A DNA stretch of 64,000 bases from a virus. The stretch is from IMG/VR virus record IMGVR_UViG_3300030104_005063, positions 1 to 64,000 of that record; one strand, written 5' to 3'. Position 1 is the first letter of the stretch; every line of letters begins with the position of its first letter. A program made the position numbers and the translations under genes. This document shows positions 47,495-58,181 of the stretch, piece by piece. Below the pieces are notes generated by a model, which saw nothing but the letters and a program-made list of their open reading frames with translations, did not search any database and was not told where the DNA came from.

Positions 47495-49176
47495 TGTGGC
47501 CACCGAGGCATACTTCACAGTTAGAAATAACTGTTAACATCGCACACAAGGGTTGTGCTGTAGCTTGTATAGTTTGCCCACAAGACAAGTTATCTAAGAC
47601 CTACAACTTATATCCAGAAAATAAATTAATTAGAGACTTATCATTTGATACATTTAAAACTGCTATTGATAAAGTTCCACTTACTACTCGTATTGATTTT
47701 TCAGGATATACAGAACCTTATCTAAATAAAGATTGTTCTAAAATGATAAAGTATGTTCATGATAGAGGACATACTGTTTCAGTTTACACAACTTTAGTCG
47801 GTGCTACTGAAAGTGATGTGGATTTGCTGCTAGATATATGTCAACATCCAACTAGACCTTTTTCGGCGTTTGACCAAGAAAATCCATTGTGTATACACTT
47901 ACCTGATGAGGGTGGTGTTATGCCAGTAAAAATAACTAAAAAATATAAAAGAGTACTAAAGTATTTAATAACTAAAGCTCAAAGTCTTAGGTTGGGACTA
48001 GGAACTCACATTAGAATGATGACAATGGATAAAAATGGCAAATTAAGTAAGAAAATTTTGGATGTTTTTCCTGTTGACAAAATACCTTTCCAATTTAAAG
48101 CAATATCTCGTGCTTCAAATTTAGATGATGACGGTGTTAAAAGAAAAGCACCAACTATGACAAATTATGAGGGTGGTGTTGGTATGAAAACTGGTAAAAT
48201 TATTTGTAAGTCTAATAGTTTACATAATAATGTTTTAATACCTAACGGAGATGTACATTTGTGTTGTATGGATTATGGTTTGGAAGCAAAGGTTGGAAAT
48301 TTGTTGGAGAATGATTATGATTACCTCCACAATGGTGAGGGGATGAAGTATATTACCGATAGGATGACAGACGATTCATTAGATGGTGATATAATTTGTA
48401 GGAGATGTGAAAATGCTGATTATGAATTTAACGAGGATTTTGTAATGAAAACTATAGATATGCAGGACACTTTAAATTACTTGTATGAAAAATTAGATTC
48501 GGAGAGTAAAGTTTATTATAGTCGTTTTGGTGATGGGGATTTTGAAATAATGAAAGGTAAAAGGGAAATGATGCATAGATATTCACCAGAGTTAGCAGAA
48601 GAGTTAAGAGAATCTTTTGGTATATTAGATAATAATTACATCAGAGGAACAATGTTTAATGAACCAACCTACAATGGAAGGGAATTAGTTCATCAATCTC
48701 CTGATAACTTTAAAGATTTGTTTGGATTTATACAAAATAACTATGAAAATTTTAACGACTTTATTTTGTATTCGCATGTTTTACTAACTTACATTTTTAT
48801 ACATGAACAAGACATTTTTTTAGATTTTATGAATAATTTTATCAGACCAAAGAGAAAACTCTTTATAGGATCTATAAAAAAATCATCAATAGAAAAATTA
48901 GTTGGTGAAGTTCATTATCATGTAGAAACACCGTCAAGAGATGCTTATTACAACATAGACGAGTGGTGGCCAAAAGTTTTAGAATGTGTTGATGATGTTG
49001 ATTTAGTCTTACCAGCAGCTGGTATGGCTGGTAGAGTTGTTCAAAAAAGATTATGGAAACTAGATAAGAATGTTCATAGTATTGAGTTAGGCTCTATGGT
49101 CGATACTGTAGATGATTTAAATACAAGAAGTTGGATGGTTAATAAAAAAGAAATTATTGATAGGATTTTAATATGA
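47494..49176 (+). CDS. Radical SAM/SPASM domain fused to GT-D-like (DUF1792-type) domain
   Basis: CAVACIVC, FSGYTEP, C...PNGDVHLCCMD...C..C; C-terminal YSRFGDGD...AAG...IELGS. Confidence 0.75.
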   Translation: MWPPRHTSQLEITVNIAHKGCAVACIVCPQDKLSKTYNLYPENKLIRDLSFDTFKTAIDKVPLTTRIDFSGYTEPYLNKDCSKMIKYVHDRGHTVSVYTTLVGATESDVDLLLDICQHPTRPFSAFDQENPLCIHLPDEGGVMPVKITKKYKRVLKYLITKAQSLRLGLGTHIRMMTMDKNGKLSKKILDVFPVDKIPFQFKAISRASNLDDDGVKRKAPTMTNYEGGVGMKTGKIICKSNSLHNNVLIPNGDVHLCCMDYGLEAKVGNLLENDYDYLHNGEGMKYITDRMTDDSLDGDIICRRCENADYEFNEDFVMKTIDMQDTLNYLYEKLDSESKVYYSRFGDGDFEIMKGKREMMHRYSPELAEELRESFGILDNNYIRGTMFNEPTYNGRELVHQSPDNFKDLFGFIQNNYENFNDFILYSHVLLTYIFIHEQDIFLDFMNNFIRPKRKLFIGSIKKSSIEKLVGEVHYHVETPSRDAYYNIDEWWPKVLECVDDVDLVLPAAGMAGRVVQKRLWKLDKNVHSIELGSMVDTVDDLNTRSWMVNKKEIIDRILI

Positions 49177-50141
49177 ACATATTAATAACGGGTGGTACAG
49201 GTTTTGTAGGTAGTCACATGATTGACTACATTTTAAAGTATGCTATAAAACCGAATCAAAAATTATATTGTACAAAACGATGGATGGAAGATACTAAGAA
49301 TGTCGACCATATTAATGATGATAGATTTGAGTTCATTGATTGTGATTTACTAGACGCTAATAGTATACGAAGGGCAGTAGAAATTTCTAAACCAGAAAAG
49401 GTATTTCATTTTGCTGCTCAAAGTTTTCCTGAAGTTAGTTTTAAAATACCAATCATAACACTACAGACAAACACGATTGGTACAACACATTTATTAGAAG
49501 CAATAAAAGAGTCGGAATACGATCCTGTAATTGTTAGTGTTTCAACAAGTGAGGTTTATGGTATGCCAAAAGAAGATGAAGTTCCGATTAAAGAGACAAA
49601 CCCTATCAGAGCTGCTAATCCATACTCGATATCAAAGGTTGGTCATGATTTGATGTCTCAGTATTATTACAAAGCATACGGTATGAAAATTATCATAACT
49701 CGTATGTTTAGTCATGAGGGTGCTCGTAGGGGTAAACAATTTGCTCTATCTTCTTTTGCGTATCAGATTGCTAAAGCTGAAAAACTTGTGGGTGAACAAT
49801 TTATATATCATGGTAATTTAGAATCAACGAGAACCTATGCTCACATCGATGATGCGATAAGTGCTTATTGGGTATGTTCTAGTAGTAATAAATTTGGAGA
49901 GGTTTACAATATCGGTGGGAGTGAAACTTGTACAGTTGGTGATGCTTTAGATAAATTAATTAGTATGTCCACAAAAAAAGATTTGAAAAAGAAATTAGAT
50001 GAGGATAGAGTAAGACCTACTGATATTACACTACAGATACCAGATACCACAAAGTTCAGACATGAATTTGCTTGGACACCAATGAAAAATCTAACAAATG
50101 TATGTGAGGATTTATTAAACTATTGGAGAGGTGTTTTATGA
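49173..50141 (+). CDS. GDP-mannose 4,6-dehydratase / Rmd-like SDR
   Basis: TGGTGFVGSH, HFAAQS, STSEVYG, NPYSISK and GNLESTR motifs. Confidence 0.85.
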   Translation: MNILITGGTGFVGSHMIDYILKYAIKPNQKLYCTKRWMEDTKNVDHINDDRFEFIDCDLLDANSIRRAVEISKPEKVFHFAAQSFPEVSFKIPIITLQTNTIGTTHLLEAIKESEYDPVIVSVSTSEVYGMPKEDEVPIKETNPIRAANPYSISKVGHDLMSQYYYKAYGMKIIITRMFSHEGARRGKQFALSSFAYQIAKAEKLVGEQFIYHGNLESTRTYAHIDDAISAYWVCSSSNKFGEVYNIGGSETCTVGDALDKLISMSTKKDLKKKLDEDRVRPTDITLQIPDTTKFRHEFAWTPMKNLTNVCEDLLNYWRGVL

Positions 50142-50611
50142 TAAACGGTGTGGTAATCAGAGAACAAGATACTTTTACTGATTATAGAGGTGACCTTTAT
50201 ACTATTTGGAAAGATGGTGATTTTAATTTAGAATTTAATCATGATAAAGTTTCTACATCAAGAAAAAATGTTTTGCGTGGTATACACGGTGACCATAAAT
50301 CTTGGAAATTGGTAACTTGTCTTCATGGAGAAATATATTTTGTTATTGTAGACAATAGAGAATCTTCAGATACATTTACAGAATGGGAATCTATGCTACT
50401 AAGTGATAGAAACAACAAACAAGTTTTGTTACCTCCAGGTGTTGGTAATGGTTTTTTAGTGATGAGTGATACTTCAGTTTTTCATTATAAGTGGTCCTAT
50501 GAAGGAGAGTATCCAGATGTAGATAAACAATTCACAATAAAATGGAATGATCCAATAATAGGAATAGATTGGCCGATACAAAATCCTATTCTATCGAGGA
50601 GAGATAAATGA
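50138..50611 (+). CDS. rmlC: dTDP-4-dehydrorhamnose 3,5-epimerase-like
   Basis: D.RG, SRKNVLRGIH, KLVTC..G, LPPGVGNGF and WNDP.IGIDWP motifs. Confidence 0.85.
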   Translation: MINGVVIREQDTFTDYRGDLYTIWKDGDFNLEFNHDKVSTSRKNVLRGIHGDHKSWKLVTCLHGEIYFVIVDNRESSDTFTEWESMLLSDRNNKQVLLPPGVGNGFLVMSDTSVFHYKWSYEGEYPDVDKQFTIKWNDPIIGIDWPIQNPILSRRDK

Positions 50612-51387
50612 AAATTAGCATAATGTGGATGACTAGAAAAAGATCACACGAACTAATTTATTCTTTATCATCTTTTATCATGAGAGCAAAAGATAATTCT
50701 AATGTGGAATACATAGTTATTTCAGATCCTGATGATGAAGAGACATATGAAGCTGTTGACAAAGTAAGTAGAATGTGTTTCGTTGATGATGCTAATATAG
50801 AAAATCTAGTTTCTGATAAAAGATATGGATATGAAGAATTAGAACAGTATCAAAATATTGTTGGTGAAGTGTTTACGGGTGATTGCTTGTTTATAATGAA
50901 TGATGATGTTGTTTGTTTAAATGAAGGATGGGATGAAGAAATAAGAAATATATTAAAACCACATGTTGAAGATGCAAGATGGATAGGTTTGGCTGGTGTG
51001 AATGAAAATTGGAAAGGTTCTACGACTTTTGTGGGTATTAATCGAAAGTGGTATGAGGTAACAAATAGAGTTTCAGGAAACAGAGCTACAGATGGTTACA
51101 TAATGGCACTTGGTAAAAAGTTAGGAATAAATCCACTAAGACCTAAAGTAGAAATGGTTCACTTACAAAGAGGTAGAGAAACTGTTACATTTGAGCGAAA
51201 CAACAAGCGATATATTACTGGTGGATTGCCAGACGATGGTTTAGGTGGATATCCAACTAAAAGTCCAAAACCACCAAAATATTATCACGATTCTAATGAG
51301 TTCACCAACAACTACACCGATTTTGTAGAGGGTAAAAAAAGATTTGATAACGACTTTAAAAAATTGAAGGAACACTATGCAGAATAG
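50608..51387 (+). CDS. GT-A fold glycosyltransferase
   Basis: TRKR, D.DD and MNDDV....GWD motifs. Confidence 0.65.
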   Translation: MKISIMWMTRKRSHELIYSLSSFIMRAKDNSNVEYIVISDPDDEETYEAVDKVSRMCFVDDANIENLVSDKRYGYEELEQYQNIVGEVFTGDCLFIMNDDVVCLNEGWDEEIRNILKPHVEDARWIGLAGVNENWKGSTTFVGINRKWYEVTNRVSGNRATDGYIMALGKKLGINPLRPKVEMVHLQRGRETVTFERNNKRYITGGLPDDGLGGYPTKSPKPPKYYHDSNEFTNNYTDFVEGKKRFDNDFKKLKEHYAE

Positions 51388-51766
51388 AAAATACTTACCA
51401 ACAGTAGCAGAGTTGATAGATAGGCTTTCTATCATTCAATTAAAAGAGGTTTTTATTACAGAACATAAGGAAGAGTATGCTAAAGAAATCAAAGACATAG
51501 TTCACGATTTGTCAGAGTTGGGTTTGAACGGTGAGATGATAAGAGCAACCATAGTATTGGCTCAAATGAATCTACACATTTGGCATAACGAGACAAAATA
51601 CAGAGCTGGGGATGGTGATGGTAATCTTGGTTTGACTCATGGACTAAATGGTATTAGAAATACAGCAAAAAACATCATACAAGACCATGTTGATGATAAC
51701 AGTAGAAAAGATTATAAGATAGATTGTATTGCTGCTGAGTTTAAAGATTGGGAAGTGAGCTGGTAA
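51377..51766 (+). CDS. Hypothetical helical protein
   Basis: ELIDRLSI.QLK...N..IW..E...R...N..R...KN pattern. Confidence 0.7.
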   Translation: MQNRKYLPTVAELIDRLSIIQLKEVFITEHKEEYAKEIKDIVHDLSELGLNGEMIRATIVLAQMNLHIWHNETKYRAGDGDGNLGLTHGLNGIRNTAKNIIQDHVDDNSRKDYKIDCIAAEFKDWEVSW

Positions 51767-52212
51767 TGTTACAACATGGTAAAATAAAAACACCAGTTAA
51801 TATGGAGAGTTGTCACATCCCAAAGGGTTGGGGTGAAGAGATAATAATAGAAAACAATGAAATGTATTGTGGGAAGATATTGGTATTCAAGGCTGGTTGT
51901 AAGTTTTCAATGCACTACCATATGAAAAAAGATGAGACTTGGTGGGTTGAGGAGGGTGAGTTTAAATATACATTTATTGATACTGAAAATGCCTTACAAA
52001 CCACACTAAAATTAGAACCTGGTTGGGTGGTCAGACAATATCCTGGTCAACCACATCAATTAGAAGCTTTAACAGATGGTAGAATATTCGAGGTGTCAAC
52101 TCACCATGAGGATTCGGATTCATACAGAGTGTTGCCAGGAGACAGTCAAGCAGAAGTTTGGAAGAGTGTAGAAGAATTTAAAAGAGACAAAGGATTGGGA
52201 GACAAAAAATGA
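51766..52212 (+). CDS. Cupin sugar isomerase-like protein
   Basis: KGWG.E, SMHYH..KDET, PH.L and EVST motifs. Confidence 0.8.
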   Translation: MLQHGKIKTPVNMESCHIPKGWGEEIIIENNEMYCGKILVFKAGCKFSMHYHMKKDETWWVEEGEFKYTFIDTENALQTTLKLEPGWVVRQYPGQPHQLEALTDGRIFEVSTHHEDSDSYRVLPGDSQAEVWKSVEEFKRDKGLGDKK

Positions 52213-52976
52213 AAGTATTGATAATAGGAGATAGTTGTAAAGATATTTTTATTTATGGTAAAGTTAAGAGGTTAACACCAGAAGCACCAGTGCCTGTATT
52301 TAATCCAACTAAAGAAAAATCCAATGATGGGATGGCAAAAAATGTTACCAATAACATTGAAGCATTGGGTGTTAGTATATTTACGATAACTAATAGAAAT
52401 AGTATTAAGAAAATTCGTTATGTAGATGATAAGTCAAATCAATTAGTGATAAGAGTTGACGAACATGATTACTGTGATAGAATAGATTGGGCTTTGCTTC
52501 ATAGAATTCAAAAAAATGAATGTAATTTACCAATGAATGGTGTAGTTGAAGTTGATGCTATTGTTATTTCTGATTATGACAAAGGTTTTTTAGAAGAATA
52601 TGATATCAAATGGATTTGTGAGAATAACAAAAATGTTTTTATTGATACTAAAAAGAAAATGGGTGATTGGATACTAGATGCTGATTTTTTAAAAATAAAT
52701 GATTTAGAATTTGAACAAAATAAAGAATTTTTTGAATCATCAAAAGTTATGTTAGACAAAACAATAATAACTAGAGGTAGAGAGGGTTGTATATACAAAG
52801 GTAAGGTCTATCCAACCGATGATGTGCCAGTCAAAGATATATCTGGCGCAGGTGATACTTTTCTTGCTGGGTTAGTGGTAGAGTATGTAAGGAGTGGTGA
52901 CATAGAAAAGGCAATAGATTTTGCTCAAGATTGTACGAAAATAGTTGTACAAAAACATGGAGTTTCCACTATTTAG
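52209..52976 (+). CDS. PfkB-family sugar kinase (HldE/RfaE kinase-domain-like)
   Basis: IGDSCKD....G...RL.PEAPVPV, ISDYDKG and DISGAGDTF motifs. Confidence 0.85.
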   Translation: MKVLIIGDSCKDIFIYGKVKRLTPEAPVPVFNPTKEKSNDGMAKNVTNNIEALGVSIFTITNRNSIKKIRYVDDKSNQLVIRVDEHDYCDRIDWALLHRIQKNECNLPMNGVVEVDAIVISDYDKGFLEEYDIKWICENNKNVFIDTKKKMGDWILDADFLKINDLEFEQNKEFFESSKVMLDKTIITRGREGCIYKGKVYPTDDVPVKDISGAGDTFLAGLVVEYVRSGDIEKAIDFAQDCTKIVVQKHGVSTI

Positions 52977-52979
52977 TTT

Positions 52980-52987
52980 ATATTTAT
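52980..52987 (+). promoter_or_regulatory. ATATTTAT motif inside the glycan island
   Basis: Recurrent intergenic octamer. Confidence 0.55.
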
Positions 52988-53006
52988 ATATATATAAAGG
53001 TTATGA

Positions 53007-53612
53007 ATGTATAAAAAAGTTTTAGCACTAGCACCACATACGGATGATGTTGAATTAGGTTGTGGCGGATTTTTATCTAAATTGACAAAAGAAAAAGTTA
53101 TCGTAGATGTTGTCTCTTTCTCTGAGGCACAACCCTTGTCTATTGGAGATCCTGTTCAAGAATTTAAAGATGCTATGAAAATAATAGGAATTGACAAGAC
53201 AGATTTTTTAGGTTATAAACCAAGATATTTTCACGAGAGAAGACAAGAAATACTAGATTACCTTTGGAACAGAAACAAAAATGTTAAGTATGACTTGGTT
53301 CTATGTCCGTCATCTTATGATCATCATCAAGACCACCAAGTAATATACGAAGAATGCTTTCGTGCATTTAAAAAGACAAGTATATTTGGTTATGAAATGC
53401 CTTGGAATAATAGAACTTTTTCAACAGACATTTTCATAAAACTAACAAAAGAAAATTTAAATGAAAAATTTAAAATGTTAGATTGTTATAAGACTCAAGG
53501 TGAAAGAGCCTTTATGAACAAAGATTACATCTTTGATATGGCTAGAACAAGAGGTTTACAAATAGGTTCTGAGTTTGCAGAATGTTATGAGGCAATAAGG
53601 GTAGTCATATGA
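53007..53612 (+). CDS. PIG-L/LmbE-family N-acetylsugar deacetylase
   Basis: APHTDDVELGCGG and DHHQDH motifs. Confidence 0.88.
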   Translation: MYKKVLALAPHTDDVELGCGGFLSKLTKEKVIVDVVSFSEAQPLSIGDPVQEFKDAMKIIGIDKTDFLGYKPRYFHERRQEILDYLWNRNKNVKYDLVLCPSSYDHHQDHQVIYEECFRAFKKTSIFGYEMPWNNRTFSTDIFIKLTKENLNEKFKMLDCYKTQGERAFMNKDYIFDMARTRGLQIGSEFAECYEAIRVVI

Positions 53613-54949
53613 GTAAAAATGTAGTTTTTTGGGTTGGGGTGAAGAACGAAAAGTATTCGGAGAAATATGGTGGATGGGAATGGATGGATATTAGTCGTAA
53701 GACTTGGGAGTATTGGTGTAAAAAACACGATGTAATATTCTTTCCTTTTGAAGAACCAATTAATGATGATTTAGTAAACTATAGAATTAACTGGCAAAAA
53801 TCAATATATTGTTTTGATTTGTTGGACGAGGCTGGTATTGATTATGACCAAATATTTTTAGCAGATGCCACTTGTATGGTCAAATGGGACATGCCAAATA
53901 TATTTGAATTAACAGATAACAAGTTTACTGCTTGGAGAGAAACAGATAATTTAAATTGGGTTTACGATAGTGTAAAGGGTTACGAAGAATTCTTTTCTTA
54001 TAAACTAAATAAACACAACTATTTTAGTTCTGGTGTAATTATTTTTAACAAATCACATAAGGATATATTTTTAGATTTTAAAGATTTGTATCTTAACAAC
54101 ACCGAAGAGTTTGTAGAGTTGCAAGATAAAATTGTTCGTAAGGGTACAGAGCAAACACCTTTAAATTATTGGGTTCAGAAAAATAATGTAGAACTTAATT
54201 TAGATTTACCTTTCAGTTATAAGTTAACTCACATACATCGTAAAGATATGTTTAAACCTAACTGGCAACTAAATGAAGATTCGACACCGTTTTTTATTAA
54301 ATATGGTTACAATTGGGTTTTTAATGGCATACCAAAAAATCAAAGAACTGAAGTGATGTCTCAAACTTGGGGGTTTGTAAAAGATAACTATGATGAGAAT
54401 TATTTTCTTAATAGAGTTGTCCATAAAGATAAGTGGTGTAAAACAACATCAAGAAAATTCAAAGAAGATGTGCTTAGAATTTTTAGAGATAGAAAAATGG
54501 ACAATTGTATAGAAATAGGCTCGTGTAGAGGTGATACTACAAGAGTGTTGTCTGAGTGTTTCAAAAAAGTATATTCATTTGAACAATCATCGGATAACAT
54601 AACTTACATAAAAGAAAGGTGTTCTGATGTAGACAATGTAGAAATAAGTCAAGCTGATGTGTATGACTCAAACTTTGAAATACCAGATGTTAGTGTAGCA
54701 TTTATTGACGCTGGTCATTCAACTGAATTAGTAAAAAAAGATATCAGTAGATTTCTAAACAAAAATCCAAATATGGTTTTAGTATTTGATGATTATGGAC
54801 AAAAAGATGAATCTATAAAGAAAGCTATTCTTGAGACTGGTGTAAAGATAAGTAGACATATTGGTGAATATAATGGATTTAAGTTTAACAGAATTAACGG
54901 AGAAGAAGTTACCATGATGGGTAGAGAAGGAGTTATTTGTAACTTATGA
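53609..54949 (+). CDS. GT8-like glycosyltransferase fused to class I SAM methyltransferase
   Basis: WQK, DAT, YFSSGV and EQTPLNY in the N-part; IEIGSCRG, FIDAGH and VFDDY in the C-part. Confidence 0.75.
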   Translation: MSKNVVFWVGVKNEKYSEKYGGWEWMDISRKTWEYWCKKHDVIFFPFEEPINDDLVNYRINWQKSIYCFDLLDEAGIDYDQIFLADATCMVKWDMPNIFELTDNKFTAWRETDNLNWVYDSVKGYEEFFSYKLNKHNYFSSGVIIFNKSHKDIFLDFKDLYLNNTEEFVELQDKIVRKGTEQTPLNYWVQKNNVELNLDLPFSYKLTHIHRKDMFKPNWQLNEDSTPFFIKYGYNWVFNGIPKNQRTEVMSQTWGFVKDNYDENYFLNRVVHKDKWCKTTSRKFKEDVLRIFRDRKMDNCIEIGSCRGDTTRVLSECFKKVYSFEQSSDNITYIKERCSDVDNVEISQADVYDSNFEIPDVSVAFIDAGHSTELVKKDISRFLNKNPNMVLVFDDYGQKDESIKKAILETGVKISRHIGEYNGFKFNRINGEEVTMMGREGVICNL

Positions 54950-55725
54950 AGAATGTAGTTTTTATAGTAGACATAACTTTAAAAGGTTCACAAAGAGAGG
55001 TTGGTAGATGGGCTGAAACTCGTAGTGATCCTTATGTGTTTTGTACGAAAGCTTGGAAGAAATGGTGCGATAAAAATGATTGTGAGTTATTTGTTTTGAA
55101 TGAAGAAGTCTTATCACACAGCACGATGCCTGTTTCTTGGCAAAGATATTATGTTTTTGATTTATTAGAAGCTAGTGGTATTGAGTATGACCAAATTTTA
55201 TATGTTGATGCTGATACTATTCCACATCCTGATTGTCCTAATGTATTTGAGATGAGTGATAGGAAGTTCTGCTTCGTTCACAATGAAGGTAGTTATGATT
55301 GGATTTTGAGAAGTATTGAGAATTATGGTAAATATTTTTTTGATGGATATATGATACCTTGGACAGACTATTTTGATTCTGGTATGTTAATATTCAATAA
55401 ACAACACAAACAATTTTTTCAAAAAATAATAGAGTTTTTTCATGATAATAGAGAAAACTTGTTAAAGGTAGAGAGTGAGTGGCATGCCGGTACAGACCAA
55501 ACTCCTGTTAATTTTTTGACTCATATCTTAAACATTGACTACAAGAGGTTACCATATGAATTCAATATGTGTGATATGTTCAGAAAAGAAATATTAAATA
55601 ATGATATGACTTTTACAAAATGGGGTTGGATATATCAGTATAATAGCATTCCAAACAATGTAGACGACAGGTTAACTTTTCATTGGATGGAAAAAACTTA
55701 TAATCATTTGTGGAAAGGTATATAA
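54946..55725 (+). CDS. GT8-like glycosyltransferase
   Basis: YVDADT, YFDSGMLIFN, DQTPVN and LPYEFN motifs. Confidence 0.8.
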   Translation: MKNVVFIVDITLKGSQREVGRWAETRSDPYVFCTKAWKKWCDKNDCELFVLNEEVLSHSTMPVSWQRYYVFDLLEASGIEYDQILYVDADTIPHPDCPNVFEMSDRKFCFVHNEGSYDWILRSIENYGKYFFDGYMIPWTDYFDSGMLIFNKQHKQFFQKIIEFFHDNRENLLKVESEWHAGTDQTPVNFLTHILNIDYKRLPYEFNMCDMFRKEILNNDMTFTKWGWIYQYNSIPNNVDDRLTFHWMEKTYNHLWKGI

Positions 55726-56237
55726 TGGCTGAAGGCATAACAATAAACAAAAATTGTGTAAACTTAATAAAAAAATTATTACCAGATGGTGGGACTATAT
55801 TAGAGTTTGGTAGTGGTGAGGGAACAACTTGGTTGTCTGATGCTGGATATACAATGTTCTCCGTAGAAAATCAAGAGGAGTGGATGGATAAGTTTCCAAA
55901 TCATACTACATATATAAATTGTAGGATAAAATATTATGATTCAGAATATGTGGCTCCTGACAACATATTTGACCAAACAGGTTGGTATCATCCTGATGAT
56001 TTATTTTCTAACTTACCTAATGATTATGATTTGATTTTAATTGATGGTCCTGGTGGTAGGTGGGGAAGAGCCGGTTTTTTCAAACACATAGATAAGTTTA
56101 ATACTGATGTTCCTATGATTTTTGATGACATACATAGAACTCAAGATTCTGATGTAATGGAAAGTGTGTCCGAATATGTTGGTAGAGAATACGATGTAAT
56201 AGACATTTATACTGGAGTAATATATGGTAAATCTTAG
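55725..56237 (+). CDS. Class I SAM-dependent methyltransferase
   Basis: ILEFGSG.GT, SVE, DLILIDGP and FDD..R motifs. Confidence 0.8.
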   Translation: MAEGITINKNCVNLIKKLLPDGGTILEFGSGEGTTWLSDAGYTMFSVENQEEWMDKFPNHTTYINCRIKYYDSEYVAPDNIFDQTGWYHPDDLFSNLPNDYDLILIDGPGGRWGRAGFFKHIDKFNTDVPMIFDDIHRTQDSDVMESVSEYVGREYDVIDIYTGVIYGKS

Positions 56238-57225
56238 TAAAACATATGTGATTGGCACTCATGTTATGTGGTTTGAGATAGAGATGTATGCTGACTTTAT
56301 CGATGGTATGGTTAATTTATTGGAAACTGTCGATAATACAGAGAATGTAACCATAGATTTATGTTTTAATATGTTACAGCATTTTGAAGAGGTTGATTAT
56401 GATAAGATAAAGAAACATGAGTTGGTAATTAAATTTAAAAAGGGTGTGGCCATATTGGAGTCTATGGGATTTATTGTCAATCAAGAGATTAAAGATGGTG
56501 ATGAGTTTTACTTTCATGCTGACTACAGAAGAGATTTAAACTACAACTATTGTAAGAAAGTGGACTATGTGATGTGGGGTGAAACAGATAGTTTCTTTCC
56601 ACGAGAAGCATTTCAGGTGGTAGAGGCATTATCAAAGTACACCGATGAACAAAATATACATAGATATTTACTTAGTTTTTCTGATAGAAAGATGTGGGAT
56701 GCTAGCTGGGATGCTTTAGTTCATAATGATTATGTTAACTTAGAATTTGTAGACGATGATGAAGGTCACTTAAATCCAAATCAAGCTAAATCACCGATGT
56801 CTATAGAAAAAATGAACGAGATAAATTCTAAAGCTGAAGAGTTCGATTTTTCTTATATACAGTATCCAAAGATAAGTGGTGCTTGTTTGGTGTTGTCATC
56901 TGATTTAATAAAGTCTGGAGTAAACATACCACCTTGTTTACTGTATAATGATGATGAGGGTTTATCAATAATGTCACATAAGTTACTTGGGGATAAATAT
57001 ATTCAGTTTGTGGTTAAAAATGTCTTACATGTTCATGCTAGAAGACACCCTCAAAAGAGAATGTATGTTAAAGGTGAAGATAATCCTTATTCTTTTATCG
57101 GTGACAAAAATGATAATTTTCAAAAGTTTTTAAGTATGTCAAAACAAAATATACAAACTCTTGCTACAGAGCAAGGTAAATTTAAAGAGTATAATGATTT
57201 AAAAAATATATTGGAGTCAAAATGA
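56224..57225 (+). CDS. Putative GT-A fold protein
   Basis: WGETDS (DxD-like position); glycan-island context. Confidence 0.45.
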   Translation: MVNLSKTYVIGTHVMWFEIEMYADFIDGMVNLLETVDNTENVTIDLCFNMLQHFEEVDYDKIKKHELVIKFKKGVAILESMGFIVNQEIKDGDEFYFHADYRRDLNYNYCKKVDYVMWGETDSFFPREAFQVVEALSKYTDEQNIHRYLLSFSDRKMWDASWDALVHNDYVNLEFVDDDEGHLNPNQAKSPMSIEKMNEINSKAEEFDFSYIQYPKISGACLVLSSDLIKSGVNIPPCLLYNDDEGLSIMSHKLLGDKYIQFVVKNVLHVHARRHPQKRMYVKGEDNPYSFIGDKNDNFQKFLSMSKQNIQTLATEQGKFKEYNDLKNILESK

Positions 57226-58181
57226 AAAGAGTATTAATCACAGGTATTAACGGTATGGATGGAAGTCACCTTGCAGATTTTCTTTTAGAGAAAGGATACG
57301 AGGTGTATGGGATGGAAAGAAGAACATCGAGTCCAAATAGAACTAACACTAAACATCTTGAAGGTCAGATAACATTTGTTAATGGTGATTTAACAGATCA
57401 AAACTCGTTAGTAAGGTGTTTGAGAGAGTCAAATCCAGACGAGGTTTATAATCTTGCTGCACAATCATTTGTGGGAGAAAGTTGGAACACGCCTGAACAA
57501 ACAGGTGATGTCACAGGTCTCGGTGCTTTGAGAATGTTAGAGGCAATAAGAGAGTATGGAAAAGAAATTAGATTTTATCAAGCATCAACTTCAGAGCTTT
57601 ATGGTAGAATGATTGAAAATCCAGCGAATGAAAACACACCATTCTATCCTCGTTCACCATATGGAGTTGCTAAATTATATGGTCATTGGATTACGAAAAA
57701 CTACAGAGAGTCTTATGACATGTTCAATGTAAGTGGTATATTATTTAATCACGAATCCGAGAGAAGAGGTGTTGAATTTGTAACTCGTAAGATTACTGAT
57801 GGTGTTGCTCGTATTCACTTAGGGTTAGAAGATTATATTACTTTGGGTAATTTAGATTCAAAGAGAGATTGGGGATATTCTCCAGATTATGTTAAGTCAA
57901 TGTGGATGATGTTGCAACAAGATGAGCCAGATGATTATGTTATTGCTACAGGAGTTGAACACTCTATAAGAGATTTTTTAGATTGTGCTTTTCAACACAT
58001 CGGTGTTACTGAATGGTCTAAATATGTTTTACAAGATGAGAGATATATGCGACCAGCAGAAGTCGCTGTATTATGCGGAGACTCATCAAAAGCTCGTCAA
58101 GTTATAGGATGGGAGCCAGAAACATCCTTTAAACAGATGGTTTCTAACATGGTGGACAATGATATACAATTGTTATCATGA
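57222..58181 (+). CDS. gmd: GDP-mannose 4,6-dehydratase
   Basis: LITGING.DGS.LA, YNLAAQS, FYQASTSELYG, PRSPYGVAK, FNHES.RRG..FVTRKI and RDWG motifs. Confidence 0.95.
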   Translation: MKRVLITGINGMDGSHLADFLLEKGYEVYGMERRTSSPNRTNTKHLEGQITFVNGDLTDQNSLVRCLRESNPDEVYNLAAQSFVGESWNTPEQTGDVTGLGALRMLEAIREYGKEIRFYQASTSELYGRMIENPANENTPFYPRSPYGVAKLYGHWITKNYRESYDMFNVSGILFNHESERRGVEFVTRKITDGVARIHLGLEDYITLGNLDSKRDWGYSPDYVKSMWMMLQQDEPDDYVIATGVEHSIRDFLDCAFQHIGVTEWSKYVLQDERYMRPAEVAVLCGDSSKARQVIGWEPETSFKQMVSNMVDNDIQLLS

